A DNA stretch of 64,000 bases, from positions 3,668 to 67,667 of the forward strand of contig CACANC010000001.1 of assembly GCA_902533755.1 (NCBI GenBank). The letters are read 5' to 3'. Positions 53,880 through 63,365 of the stretch are shown here, in pieces (within the stretch, counting starts at the first letter, position 1; every line of letters begins with the position of its first letter). Under the pieces are notes generated by a model, which saw only the letters and a list, made by a program, of their open reading frames with translations, ran no database searches and was not told the origin of the DNA. A program made the translations under genes and the position numbers. Source of the stretch: an uncultured PS1 clade bacterium. GTDB lineage: Bacteria > Pseudomonadota > Alphaproteobacteria > MED-G09.

Positions 53880-55046
53880 ATGAATTCAGACAACAGTAAG
53901 GTTGATTTAGTGAGTCAGGATGAGATGTATGATCCATCTATATCGGCTTCAAAATTATTAAATGGAAATAGAGTCTACCATTATGATTTATATGATCCTC
54001 CATTTTATATATTATCTAGATATGAAGATATTAGCTATGCTTTAAGAGAGCCTGATATCTTTATCGAAGGACATGGAAATGGACCTAATTTTATTGATTC
54101 TTCCAATGGTGTGCTCTCTGATGGAGAGCACCACACATTGATCAGAAGGATTGTGCAGCCGAATTTTTTAATGGGCTCAATTGCAAAATTAGAAGAAAGA
54201 TTGGAAAAGATTGCAGAAGAGCTTCTTGATGATGTGATAGAAAAAGATACCTGGGATATCCATGATAATTTATCATTCCCGCTACCAGTAATAATTATAT
54301 GTGAGATATTAGGTATTCCTATTGATGACATTCATAAATTTAAGCGTTGGGCAGATGCTACAGTAGAACAAATGTGTAGCGAGGAACCTCAAAAATTTGA
54401 AAAAGAATTAAGTCAAATGAGAGATTATTTATTAGACCTCATACTTAAAAAAAGAAAACAAGACGAAGATAGCACCCTTTTATCAAGGATTGCTCATTCA
54501 AAAATTGATTCAAGTTATTTATCAGATGATGAGGCTGTGAATTTGACTGTGCAAATATTTGTTGCAGGAAATGAGACAACAACCTCTTTAATTTCGAATT
54601 TAGTTTGGAGATTAATGACTATCGATAATTTGTGGGAAGATTTTGTAAATAACAAAATTGATATTAATAACGCTATAAACGAGAGTCTTCGTTATGATCC
54701 TCCTCTCTTAGGGTTATTTAAAACTACATCTAAAGAAGTGAATATTGAAGGAAATATCATACCGAAAAATTCGAAAGTAATGATGCATTATGGTGCGGCA
54801 AATAGAGATCCTGTGATTTTTAAAAATCCAAACACATTTGATTTAACTCGAGATGGGAGCAAAGTAATTTCTTTTAGTGTAGGAGTTCATATTTGTTTGG
54901 GAAGAGAGCTTGCGCGGTTAGAGACTAAGGTTACACTTAATGCATTAAAAAAGAGATTTCCTAATCTAAGATTAATTAATGAAGGAGAGAGAGTGGGCCC
55001 CTTTCTTTTTTGGGGTAGAAAAAAACTTCCTGTTTCTCACAAATAA
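53880..55046 (+). CDS. Cytochrome P450 monooxygenase
   Basis: 388 aa. AGNETT I-helix, ExxR (ESLRYDPP), heme loop FSVGVHICLGRELA. Confidence 0.85.
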   Translation: MNSDNSKVDLVSQDEMYDPSISASKLLNGNRVYHYDLYDPPFYILSRYEDISYALREPDIFIEGHGNGPNFIDSSNGVLSDGEHHTLIRRIVQPNFLMGSIAKLEERLEKIAEELLDDVIEKDTWDIHDNLSFPLPVIIICEILGIPIDDIHKFKRWADATVEQMCSEEPQKFEKELSQMRDYLLDLILKKRKQDEDSTLLSRIAHSKIDSSYLSDDEAVNLTVQIFVAGNETTTSLISNLVWRLMTIDNLWEDFVNNKIDINNAINESLRYDPPLLGLFKTTSKEVNIEGNIIPKNSKVMMHYGAANRDPVIFKNPNTFDLTRDGSKVISFSVGVHICLGRELARLETKVTLNALKKRFPNLRLINEGERVGPFLFWGRKKLPVSHK

Positions 55047-55049
55047 AAA

Positions 55050-56525
55050 ATGTTTTTAATTATTGATCAAGGCACCACATCCACAAAAGTAATGCTTTTT
55101 GATTTAAGCGGTAAAAAGGTTGATTCCAGTCAAAAATCTTTTGAGCAAATTTTTCCCAATAATGGTTGGGTCGAGCACAACCCTGAAGAGATTATCAAAA
55201 CTGTAATAAGTTGTTGTAATGAGGTGATAGAAAATAATTTTGATAAAAATATTTGTTCAATTGGTATCACCAATCAGAGAGAAACAATAGTTTTATGGGA
55301 TAAAATAACTGGTAAGTCTTTATACAATGCAATTGTATGGCAAGACAGAAGAACAGAAAGCTTATGCAAGGATTTAAAAGAAGAGGGCTATGAAGAATTA
55401 ATTATTAATAAAACAGGGTTATTATTAGACCCATATTTTTCATCAACAAAAATATCCTGGATTATAAATAATATTGATGGTGTTAAAGAGGCCATAAATG
55501 AAGATAAAGTATGTGCAGGAACTATAGACTCATGGATCATTTGGCATCTTACAAAAGGTAAGGTTTTTGCTACTGATATAACTAATGCAGCAAGAACAAA
55601 CCTTTTTAATATTAAAGATTTGAAATGGGATGATGATTTATTAAATCTTTTTCAAGTAAACGAATCGATCCTTCCAGAAGTGTTGGAATCTGATGCTTTT
55701 TATGGACAGTCAGAGGCGCTTATAAAGGAATTACCAATTTATGGTGTTATAGGAGATCAGCAGTCTGCTGCAATTGGACAAAAATGCTTTAATTTTGGAG
55801 ATATTAAGTCAACTTACGGAACAGGATGCTTTATATTATTAAATACAGGTAAAAAAATTGCATATTCAAAGAATGGCCTTTTATCTACTATAGCCTATAA
55901 AATTAATGGTGAAATAACTTATGCTTTAGAGGGTTCAATTTTTATGGCTGGTGCTATAATAGATTGGTTAAAGAATAATCTACAAGTATTTGATAATTAT
56001 AATGAATTGCAAGATATACTTAATAATAATTCTATCAATACCGAAATTGTAATGGTCCCTGCTTTTACTGGTTTAGGGGCACCGCACTGGAAACCAAATA
56101 GTCGAGCATCTATTTCAGGTTTAACACGAGATTCAAACAGAAATGATATAATAACTTCATCCGTTCAATCTATTTCTTTACAAACACACGATCTTATAAA
56201 AGCTATAAATGAGGATACTAGTAACTTATTTGAAGATCCAATTAGCAACATCAAAGTTGATGGAGGCTTGACCGAAAATGACTGGTTTATTCAGAATCTT
56301 TCAGATATTTGTGATATAAAAATAAGTAAATCAAATGAACAAGAAGCGACTGCTGTTGGTGCCGCTTCATTATCAGCGCTAGGCTCAAAAGAAATTAAAA
56401 ACTTGAGTGAATTTAATGTTAATATACATGAAAATATTGAATTTCAGCCAAAAATAGAAAAACAAACAAGAAAAGAAATAATAGATAATTGGAATTTGGC
56501 TATAAATAAAGCTGTCAGTCTCTAA
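55050..56525 (+). CDS. glpK: Glycerol kinase (FGGY family)
   Basis: 491 aa. IDQGTTSTK and FEQIFPNNGWVEHNPEEI closely match GlpK N-terminal signatures. Start 4 nt after the P450 stop. Confidence 0.8.
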   Translation: MFLIIDQGTTSTKVMLFDLSGKKVDSSQKSFEQIFPNNGWVEHNPEEIIKTVISCCNEVIENNFDKNICSIGITNQRETIVLWDKITGKSLYNAIVWQDRRTESLCKDLKEEGYEELIINKTGLLLDPYFSSTKISWIINNIDGVKEAINEDKVCAGTIDSWIIWHLTKGKVFATDITNAARTNLFNIKDLKWDDDLLNLFQVNESILPEVLESDAFYGQSEALIKELPIYGVIGDQQSAAIGQKCFNFGDIKSTYGTGCFILLNTGKKIAYSKNGLLSTIAYKINGEITYALEGSIFMAGAIIDWLKNNLQVFDNYNELQDILNNNSINTEIVMVPAFTGLGAPHWKPNSRASISGLTRDSNRNDIITSSVQSISLQTHDLIKAINEDTSNLFEDPISNIKVDGGLTENDWFIQNLSDICDIKISKSNEQEATAVGAASLSALGSKEIKNLSEFNVNIHENIEFQPKIEKQTRKEIIDNWNLAINKAVSL

Positions 56526-56572
56526 TTCTAATAATGCTGGTTTTATACTTACAAAGATTGTAATATTGGATC

Positions 56573-57328
56573 ATGAATAAAAAAATTAAAGAATCAGTTA
56601 GCGAAGAGGAATGGAATGCAAGGGTAGAGCTTGCAGCTTTATATAGGTTAGTTGCTTTATATGGTTGGGATGATCTTGTTTTTACTCATATCTCTGCGCG
56701 CGTTCCATCAGAACCTGAGCACTTCTTACTTAATCCATATGGTTTATTGTTCGATGAAATTTGTGCTTCTGATTTGGTTAAAATAGATCTTGAGGGAAAT
56801 AAGGTTTCTGAAACAAATTATAATGTTAATGCAGCTGGCTTTACAATTCATTCAGCAGTTCATTCTTCAGGTTCAAATAATCACGCTGTAATTCATACAC
56901 ATTCAAATGATGGAGTTGCTGTAGCAGCTCAAGAAGATGGTCTAATGCCAATAAGTCAGCACGCTATGGTTATTAGAAATGATTGCGCATATCATGACTA
57001 TGAAGGAATTGCTCTTAATTTAGATGAAAGAGAGAGATTAATTGACGATCTCGGTGATAAGCATTGCTTAATTTTAAAAAATCACGGTCTGTTAACAACC
57101 GGTGCTACTTGTGGAGATGCTTGGCTTCGTTTATTTTTTCTTGAAAGGGCATGCACCATGCAAATTAAAGCTTTAACAGGTGGTTTGAAACTCAATCAAG
57201 TTCCGACAGATGTTGTTGAGCTAGTTACCGAACAAGGTCAAATGGCATCCGATGATGGAATAGGCCAGCTTGCATGGCCTGGCCTTTTAAGAAAATTGGA
57301 TAAAATTGACCCCAGTTATAAGAATTAA
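56573..57328 (+). CDS. Class II aldolase/adducin-family protein
   Basis: 251 aa. His-rich Zn site (HTHSNDG...H) of the fuculose-phosphate-aldolase-like fold. Confidence 0.7.
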   Translation: MNKKIKESVSEEEWNARVELAALYRLVALYGWDDLVFTHISARVPSEPEHFLLNPYGLLFDEICASDLVKIDLEGNKVSETNYNVNAAGFTIHSAVHSSGSNNHAVIHTHSNDGVAVAAQEDGLMPISQHAMVIRNDCAYHDYEGIALNLDERERLIDDLGDKHCLILKNHGLLTTGATCGDAWLRLFFLERACTMQIKALTGGLKLNQVPTDVVELVTEQGQMASDDGIGQLAWPGLLRKLDKIDPSYKN

Positions 57329-57340
57329 AGAGGAGAAACA

Positions 57341-59653
57341 ATGAAATTTGCTGTAGGACAGCCTGTAACAAGGATTGAAGATACCCGTTTAATTACAGGA
57401 GAGGGTAATTATACGGATGATATCAAATTTAAAGATATGTGCCATGGTGTGTTTGTCAGATCACCTTATTCTCATGCAAAAATTTTAAATATTGATGTTG
57501 AAAGCGCTCGTAATATGCCAGGTGTAATTGATATCTTTACAAATAATACTTTCTCTGAAGCAGGTATAACTCATATGTCTGTTATTGATTTCCTTCAAAA
57601 TAAAGATGGCTCTCCTATGAATGCAAGTAAAAGACCTATACTAGCCTCAGATAGAGTAAGACATGTTGGGGATCCGGTTGTTTTTATTCTTGCTGAAACT
57701 GTTAATTTAGCTCTCGATGCTGCTGATAATGTAATAGTTGAATATGAAGAGTTACCGTGTAATTCAGATACCGCCAAAGCACTTAAAGATGAATCACCAA
57801 AACTTTTCGATGAATTTGAAACTAATTGTGCAGTTGACTGGGGTTTGGGTTCGGATGAAGGATGGAAAAAAGTTGAATCAAATGCGCATCATGTTTCTCA
57901 TGTTCATCTTATTAATAATAGAATTGTTGTTAACCCCATTGAACCAAGGTCTGCAGTATCAATCTTCAATAAAACCGATGGAAAATTTAAAATGCATGTT
58001 GAAAGCCAAGGTCCTCACGCCATGAGAGAAAGGCTTGCTAATACGCTTAATATTAAAGAAGAAGACATTCAAGTTATAACTAAAGATGTTGGCGGAGGAT
58101 TTGGTTTAAAGATGATGTGTTTTCCAGAATACATTGCTGTAATGCACGCTAGTAAAATTTTATCAAGACCTGTTAAATGGACCGCAACAAGATCAGAGTC
58201 TTTTTTAAGTGATGCACAGGGCAGAGACCATGTTACCGATGCATATTTAGCTATGGATAAAGAAGGAAAATTTCTTGGTGTAAAGGTTGAGACCACAGCT
58301 TCTGTTGGGGCTTATTTATCTCAATATGGCATTTTTATTCCTACTCTCGCAGCAGCTGGAATGCATGTAGGTGTATATAATATTCCTGTCATGGTTAATA
58401 ATGTTAAAGTTGTATATACAAACACTGTCCCTATTGATGCGTATAGAGGAGCAGGTAGACCAGAAGCAAGTTATGTTATTGAGAGATTAGTTGATCAAGC
58501 CGCCCGTGATATGTCACTGGGTCAAATAGAGATTAGAAAATTGAATTATGTCCAACCTTCTGATTTAGGTAATACTGAGGACCCCGTTATTCCTTTTGAT
58601 AGTTGTGATTTTGACAAAACAACCAACATGACTTTATTAAACTCATCTTTTGAGGATTTCGAAAAAAGACAGAAAAAATCTTTAGATGAAAATAAACTTC
58701 GCGGTATCGGTGTATCTTATTATGTTGAAAGAACTCAGGGAGAGGGGTCTGAAGATTCAAGAATAATTGTCTCAAGTGATGGCAAGGTAAATGTTTATAC
58801 GGGTACAATGGCAACAGGTCAAGGACATGAAACTGCATGGACACAGATTGTTGTTGAGAAATTAGGCGTTAACCCTGAAGATGTATCTATTCATTTTGGT
58901 GATAGTGAAGATCTGCCAAGCGGAGGTGGAACGGGCGGATCAAAATCATTGTATTTTGCTGCTGGCGCAATTAATGAGGCATCCGATGATGTTTTAAAAA
59001 AGGGAATTGAAATCGCTGCTGCAGAACTAGAGGCTTCTCTTGATGAAATAGAATATTCAACTGAATCTGGCCCTCTTTTTCAAGTACAAGGCACCAATAG
59101 AAATATTGATTTATTTACCGTAGCTAAAATTGCTGAAAACCAATCTAATACTCAAATGTTGGATGGAGCTAGTTCATATGAGCATAAAGACCCAACCTAT
59201 CCGAATGGTTGTCATATTTGTGAAGTGGAGGTAGATAAAGATACAGGAAATATAGAAATCATAAATTATCACGCCACAGATGATTTTGGAAAAATTATTA
59301 ATCCTCTTTTAGTTGCAGGCCAAGTTCATGGAGGTATTGTTCAGGGCTTAGGACAGGCAATGTGTGAGCATGCTATATATGAAGAGGAAACTGGGCAACT
59401 TTTAAACGGTTCATATATGGACTATCAAATGCCAAGAGCTGATGATTTTCCTGACTTTAATATTGATTTTAATGAAGAGGCAGAATGTACAACAAATTTA
59501 TTGGGAGCTAAAGGTTGTGGTGAAGCTGGAACTGTTGCCTCAACAACAGCTTATGTTAATGCAATCATAAACGCTTTAGAAGGTTTTGATACAAAGAAAC
59601 TTAATATGCCAATTACAGCGCAAAAAGTATGGGGGATTATAAATAATGCTTAA
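57341..59653 (+). CDS. Xanthine-dehydrogenase-family molybdopterin-binding large subunit (aldehyde oxidoreductase / CoxL-like)
   Basis: 770 aa. N-terminal QPVTRIEDTRLITGEGNYTDD and Mo-cofactor-binding region (GGGFG). No adjacent [2Fe-2S] or FAD subunit genes. Confidence 0.8.
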   Translation: MKFAVGQPVTRIEDTRLITGEGNYTDDIKFKDMCHGVFVRSPYSHAKILNIDVESARNMPGVIDIFTNNTFSEAGITHMSVIDFLQNKDGSPMNASKRPILASDRVRHVGDPVVFILAETVNLALDAADNVIVEYEELPCNSDTAKALKDESPKLFDEFETNCAVDWGLGSDEGWKKVESNAHHVSHVHLINNRIVVNPIEPRSAVSIFNKTDGKFKMHVESQGPHAMRERLANTLNIKEEDIQVITKDVGGGFGLKMMCFPEYIAVMHASKILSRPVKWTATRSESFLSDAQGRDHVTDAYLAMDKEGKFLGVKVETTASVGAYLSQYGIFIPTLAAAGMHVGVYNIPVMVNNVKVVYTNTVPIDAYRGAGRPEASYVIERLVDQAARDMSLGQIEIRKLNYVQPSDLGNTEDPVIPFDSCDFDKTTNMTLLNSSFEDFEKRQKKSLDENKLRGIGVSYYVERTQGEGSEDSRIIVSSDGKVNVYTGTMATGQGHETAWTQIVVEKLGVNPEDVSIHFGDSEDLPSGGGTGGSKSLYFAAGAINEASDDVLKKGIEIAAAELEASLDEIEYSTESGPLFQVQGTNRNIDLFTVAKIAENQSNTQMLDGASSYEHKDPTYPNGCHICEVEVDKDTGNIEIINYHATDDFGKIINPLLVAGQVHGGIVQGLGQAMCEHAIYEEETGQLLNGSYMDYQMPRADDFPDFNIDFNEEAECTTNLLGAKGCGEAGTVASTTAYVNAIINALEGFDTKKLNMPITAQKVWGIINNA

Positions 59654-60905
59654 AGAACTTCTTCGTCCAGATGTTTGGAGCCCAGAAATGGATCCTTATT
59701 CAATACCTATAGAAAAAATTGATATGGCAAATGCTGATATCTTTATGTACGGAGATGCAATTTTTCCATTATTTGAAAGATTAAGAAATGAAGACCCAGT
59801 TCATTATTGCGCTGAATCATGTGTTGAGGATGTTGGACCTTATTGGTCAATAACTAAATACAAGGATATAATGAGTGTTGATACTAACCATAAAGTTTTT
59901 TCATCAGAAGGAGCTATAACTATATTTGATCCTCAAGAAGATTTTACTACCCCAATGTTTATTGCAATGGATCCACCTAAACATGATATTCAAAGAAAAG
60001 CTGTTAACCCGGTTGTTGCTCCAAATAATCTTGCTAATATGGAAGATCTTATTAGAGAGAGAACCGCTGAGGTTTTAGATGGTCTTCCAAGAAATAAAGA
60101 ATTTAATTGGGTAGAGGACGTTTCTATTGAGTTAACAACAAGAATGTTAGCTACTTTATTTGATTTTCCTTTTGAAGACAGGATGAAACTCACAAGATGG
60201 TCTGATGTTTCTACTGCTAGGCCAGGTGATGGAATAGTTGAAACAGAAGAACAAAGAAAAGAAGAATTATTTGAGTGTCTTCAATATTTTACTAAATTAT
60301 GGAATGAAAGAGTTAATTCTGAGCCTAAAACTGACTTAATTTCTATGCTAGCGCATAATCCAAGTACGCGTGATATGGATCCTATGGAGTATTTAGGTAA
60401 TTTGATACTTTTAATTGTTGGGGGCAATGATACAACAAGAAACTCTATGACAGGTGGTATTTTGGTTTTAAATCAAAATCCTGATCAATATGATAAATTA
60501 AGAAAAGATCATTCTTTAATTAAAACTATGGTTCCTGAGATAATTAGATGGCAGACACCCCTTGCTTATATGAGGCGAACAGCCCTTGAAGATTATGAGT
60601 TGGGAGGAAAATTAATTAAAAAAGGTGACAAAGTTGTGATGTGGTATGTATCAGGAAACAGAGATGAGGATGTAATTGAAAATCCTGACAGCTTTATAAT
60701 TGATAGGGAAAGACCAAGAAACCATCTCTCATATGGTTTTGGAATTCACAGATGTGTTGGTAATAGATTAGCTGATATGCAGTTAGAAATTTTGTGGGAA
60801 GAAATAATGAAAAGATTTGAAAATATTGAAGTTGTTGGTGAACCAACTAGAATTAGATCAAGTTTTGTGAAAGGTTTTTCTCACCTTCCTGTTATTATTA
60901 GATAA
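59646..60905 (+). CDS. Cytochrome P450, CYP153-like (putative terminal alkane/alkyl hydroxylase)
   Basis: 419 aa. I-helix LLIVGGNDTTRNSM and heme loop FGFGIHRCVGNRLADMQLEILWEEI match my recollection of CYP153 signature motifs. Start overlaps the upstream gene by 8 nt. Confidence 0.75.
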   Translation: MLKELLRPDVWSPEMDPYSIPIEKIDMANADIFMYGDAIFPLFERLRNEDPVHYCAESCVEDVGPYWSITKYKDIMSVDTNHKVFSSEGAITIFDPQEDFTTPMFIAMDPPKHDIQRKAVNPVVAPNNLANMEDLIRERTAEVLDGLPRNKEFNWVEDVSIELTTRMLATLFDFPFEDRMKLTRWSDVSTARPGDGIVETEEQRKEELFECLQYFTKLWNERVNSEPKTDLISMLAHNPSTRDMDPMEYLGNLILLIVGGNDTTRNSMTGGILVLNQNPDQYDKLRKDHSLIKTMVPEIIRWQTPLAYMRRTALEDYELGGKLIKKGDKVVMWYVSGNRDEDVIENPDSFIIDRERPRNHLSYGFGIHRCVGNRLADMQLEILWEEIMKRFENIEVVGEPTRIRSSFVKGFSHLPVIIR

Positions 60906-60909
60906 TTTT

Positions 60910-61386
60910 ATGCTTGATAAAGCAAATAAAAACCTCAGAAGTATTTTTAGTAAGTTTGTTACTGGTGTAACAGCAGTTACTTTTAAAAGTTCCAATGGCT
61001 TAAATCTCGGTATCACAGTAAATTCATATACTTCATTATCTCTCGATCCACCTTTGATTTTATGGTGCCTAGATAAAAACTCTGATTTGTATGAAGAAAT
61101 AATTAACTTAGATGATTATATAATTAATTTTTTATCTGAAGAGCAAAGAGATTTAGCAAATTCTCTTGCACAAAAAAATGATCACATACTAAATGAGAAC
61201 CAATTTACTTCTATTGATAAGGGTTTGGTTATAAAGGACTCTATAGGTTGGTTATCTTGCTCGAAAAACCAAATAATTGATTCTGGTGACCACTCAATTT
61301 TGATAGCTGATGTCAATGAATCAGAAATAAGTGATGGTTACCCCCTTGTATTTTGGGGAAGTGGCTATAGATCTCTTGTAAGGTAA
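60910..61386 (+). CDS. Flavin reductase-like (HpaC-type split-barrel) protein
   Basis: 158 aa. FSKFVTGVTAVTF...LILWCL is typical of NAD(P)H-flavin reductase domains. Confidence 0.65.
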   Translation: MLDKANKNLRSIFSKFVTGVTAVTFKSSNGLNLGITVNSYTSLSLDPPLILWCLDKNSDLYEEIINLDDYIINFLSEEQRDLANSLAQKNDHILNENQFTSIDKGLVIKDSIGWLSCSKNQIIDSGDHSILIADVNESEISDGYPLVFWGSGYRSLVR

Positions 61387-61391
61387 ATCTA

Positions 61392-61850
61392 GTGTTGTTT
61401 TTACAATCTCATGTTAACAGAATAGTAAAAGTACCAAAAGAATATTTTTGGAAGCGATTAAGGGCCTTTGATAAGATTCAAACACTTTTACCTAGAACAA
61501 TTAAAGAGGTAAAAATTCCAGATAATTTTTCTAATTCTCCAGGTGATGTAAGGTATGTTTATCTTGAGAAAGTTTATCAAGGTGAAGTTATAGAAAGATT
61601 AGATGGAATTATAAAAGAAAAGTATATGTCTTATTCAGTTATTGATAAATCATGTCTACCAGTTGAAAATTATGTTTCTAATGTAAATATAAAACAAGCA
61701 AGTCAAAATTGTACTGAAGTTAATTGGTACGGTCATTTTAAAGCGGAAAAAAAGCATAAAGATGAAACAGTAAACATGTTTAAATTTAATTATAATCTTA
61801 TTTGTGACAACATGGAAAAACAATTTAATGAAGAGAAATCAGAAGTATAA
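61392..61850 (+). CDS. SRPBCC (Bet v1/START-like) ligand-binding protein, copy 1
   Basis: 152 aa. Paralogous (~45% identity) to the next ORF over the full length. Confidence 0.5.
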   Translation: MLFLQSHVNRIVKVPKEYFWKRLRAFDKIQTLLPRTIKEVKIPDNFSNSPGDVRYVYLEKVYQGEVIERLDGIIKEKYMSYSVIDKSCLPVENYVSNVNIKQASQNCTEVNWYGHFKAEKKHKDETVNMFKFNYNLICDNMEKQFNEEKSEV

Positions 61851-61859
61851 TTTAATAAT

Positions 61860-62321
61860 TTGGGTAGGGCTATATTTAAAGAAACAAAAGTAGAGAGGGT
61901 GGTCAATGTTCCTAAGAATTATTTTTGGGATAGGATTAGAGCATTTGGAGAAATTAAAACACTCTTACCTGAAAATCTTCTTGAGGTAAAACTTCCTGAG
62001 GATTTTTCTAACACTATTGGAGATTTAAGATCAGTTTATTTAGGCGATCCTTATCCAGGTGAGGTTATTGAAAGACTTGATGGTGTTGAAGAGGGATTGT
62101 CACTTACATACTCAATCATTGATGAATCATGTTTACCTGTTTCAAATTATGTAGCATGCGTAAACTTAAAAGATTTTTCATCAACCGAGACTGCTGTTTC
62201 ATGGTGTGGTCATTTTGTTGGTGATGGAAAGACAGAAGATGAAATCGCAGATTTATTGGAAGCTTTATACAACTTAATTCTCAATAATATTGAGGATCAA
62301 TATAAGAAATCTCAAAGTTAG
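61860..62321 (+). CDS. SRPBCC (Bet v1/START-like) ligand-binding protein, copy 2
   Basis: 153 aa. Tandem paralog of the previous ORF (shared VPKxYFWxRxRAF, GEVIERLDG, SCLPV motifs). Confidence 0.5.
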   Translation: MGRAIFKETKVERVVNVPKNYFWDRIRAFGEIKTLLPENLLEVKLPEDFSNTIGDLRSVYLGDPYPGEVIERLDGVEEGLSLTYSIIDESCLPVSNYVACVNLKDFSSTETAVSWCGHFVGDGKTEDEIADLLEALYNLILNNIEDQYKKSQS

Positions 62322-62326
62322 TTAAT

Positions 62327-63355
62327 ATGGCAATCGATAATTATGAATTTCAAAATATAAAATCTTTTTTAAAAAAAAATAATTTTATCTTATCTAATGA
62401 TTTACCAAGAAAAGTTGGCAATGGTCAGTCAAATCCAACTTATATATTGACAGATAATGAAAATAAAAAATTTATTTTACGAACTCAACCTAAAGGTGAT
62501 CTAGTGAGAGGCGCTCATAGGTTAGATCGTGAATTTCATGTTTTAAGAGGTCTTAGTAATCAGAAATTTAGCGTACCAAAACCAATATTAATTTGTGACG
62601 ATAAATCAACAATCGGTAGAGATTTTTATATAATGGACTTTATTGATGGAGATATTTACGAAGATCCTTTCCTTCCTGATAATAAGCCTAAAGAAAGAAA
62701 AAAAATTTACGAAAGCTTAGCAAATACTCTTGGCCAACTTCATAGTTATAATATTAATGAGTTAGATATACCCTTTAAAAAGAATAATGGCTTTATGATA
62801 AGAAATTTAAATATTTGGTATAACCAAATTTTTCATGATGGCTACCAAGATAAAGATATTTCAAAGATATATGATTTTATAATTAAAAATACTCCTGAAA
62901 ATAATAATTTATGCTTAATTCATGGAGATTATAAATTAGATAATTTAGTAATAGGCAGTAATTCAAAATGTTTGGCTGTTCTAGATTGGGAGTTATCTGC
63001 ATTTGGAGAACCTGAGGTTGATTTAAGTTTTCAAATGATCAATTGGTTAATTCCTAGGGGTGTTTTATATGGTATTGGATTAGAGTGGGAATCTTATCAT
63101 ATACCTTCTGCTGAAGATTTTCTTAATTCTTATGAGAAAACTTATGGAAAAATGGTTAATATAGAGCTCCTTAATATTTATTGTTTGTTCTCCTTAATAA
63201 AGCTCTACTGCATTCTCAAAGGTATAGAAAATAGAATAAAAGCTGGAAATGCTGCATCGGCAGAGGCTAGCGATAAAGTAAAAGATGCATTAGGTATTAA
63301 AGATGTGCTTATGTTGGCCTATCAAGATTATCCAAACAATATGATAGTTAGTTAA
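62327..63355 (+). CDS. Aminoglycoside-phosphotransferase-family (APH-like) small-molecule kinase
   Basis: 342 aa. Brenner motif LIHGDYKLDNLV and DWE catalytic Asp. Confidence 0.65.
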   Translation: MAIDNYEFQNIKSFLKKNNFILSNDLPRKVGNGQSNPTYILTDNENKKFILRTQPKGDLVRGAHRLDREFHVLRGLSNQKFSVPKPILICDDKSTIGRDFYIMDFIDGDIYEDPFLPDNKPKERKKIYESLANTLGQLHSYNINELDIPFKKNNGFMIRNLNIWYNQIFHDGYQDKDISKIYDFIIKNTPENNNLCLIHGDYKLDNLVIGSNSKCLAVLDWELSAFGEPEVDLSFQMINWLIPRGVLYGIGLEWESYHIPSAEDFLNSYEKTYGKMVNIELLNIYCLFSLIKLYCILKGIENRIKAGNAASAEASDKVKDALGIKDVLMLAYQDYPNNMIVS

Positions 63356-63365
63356 CCTTGATTAT

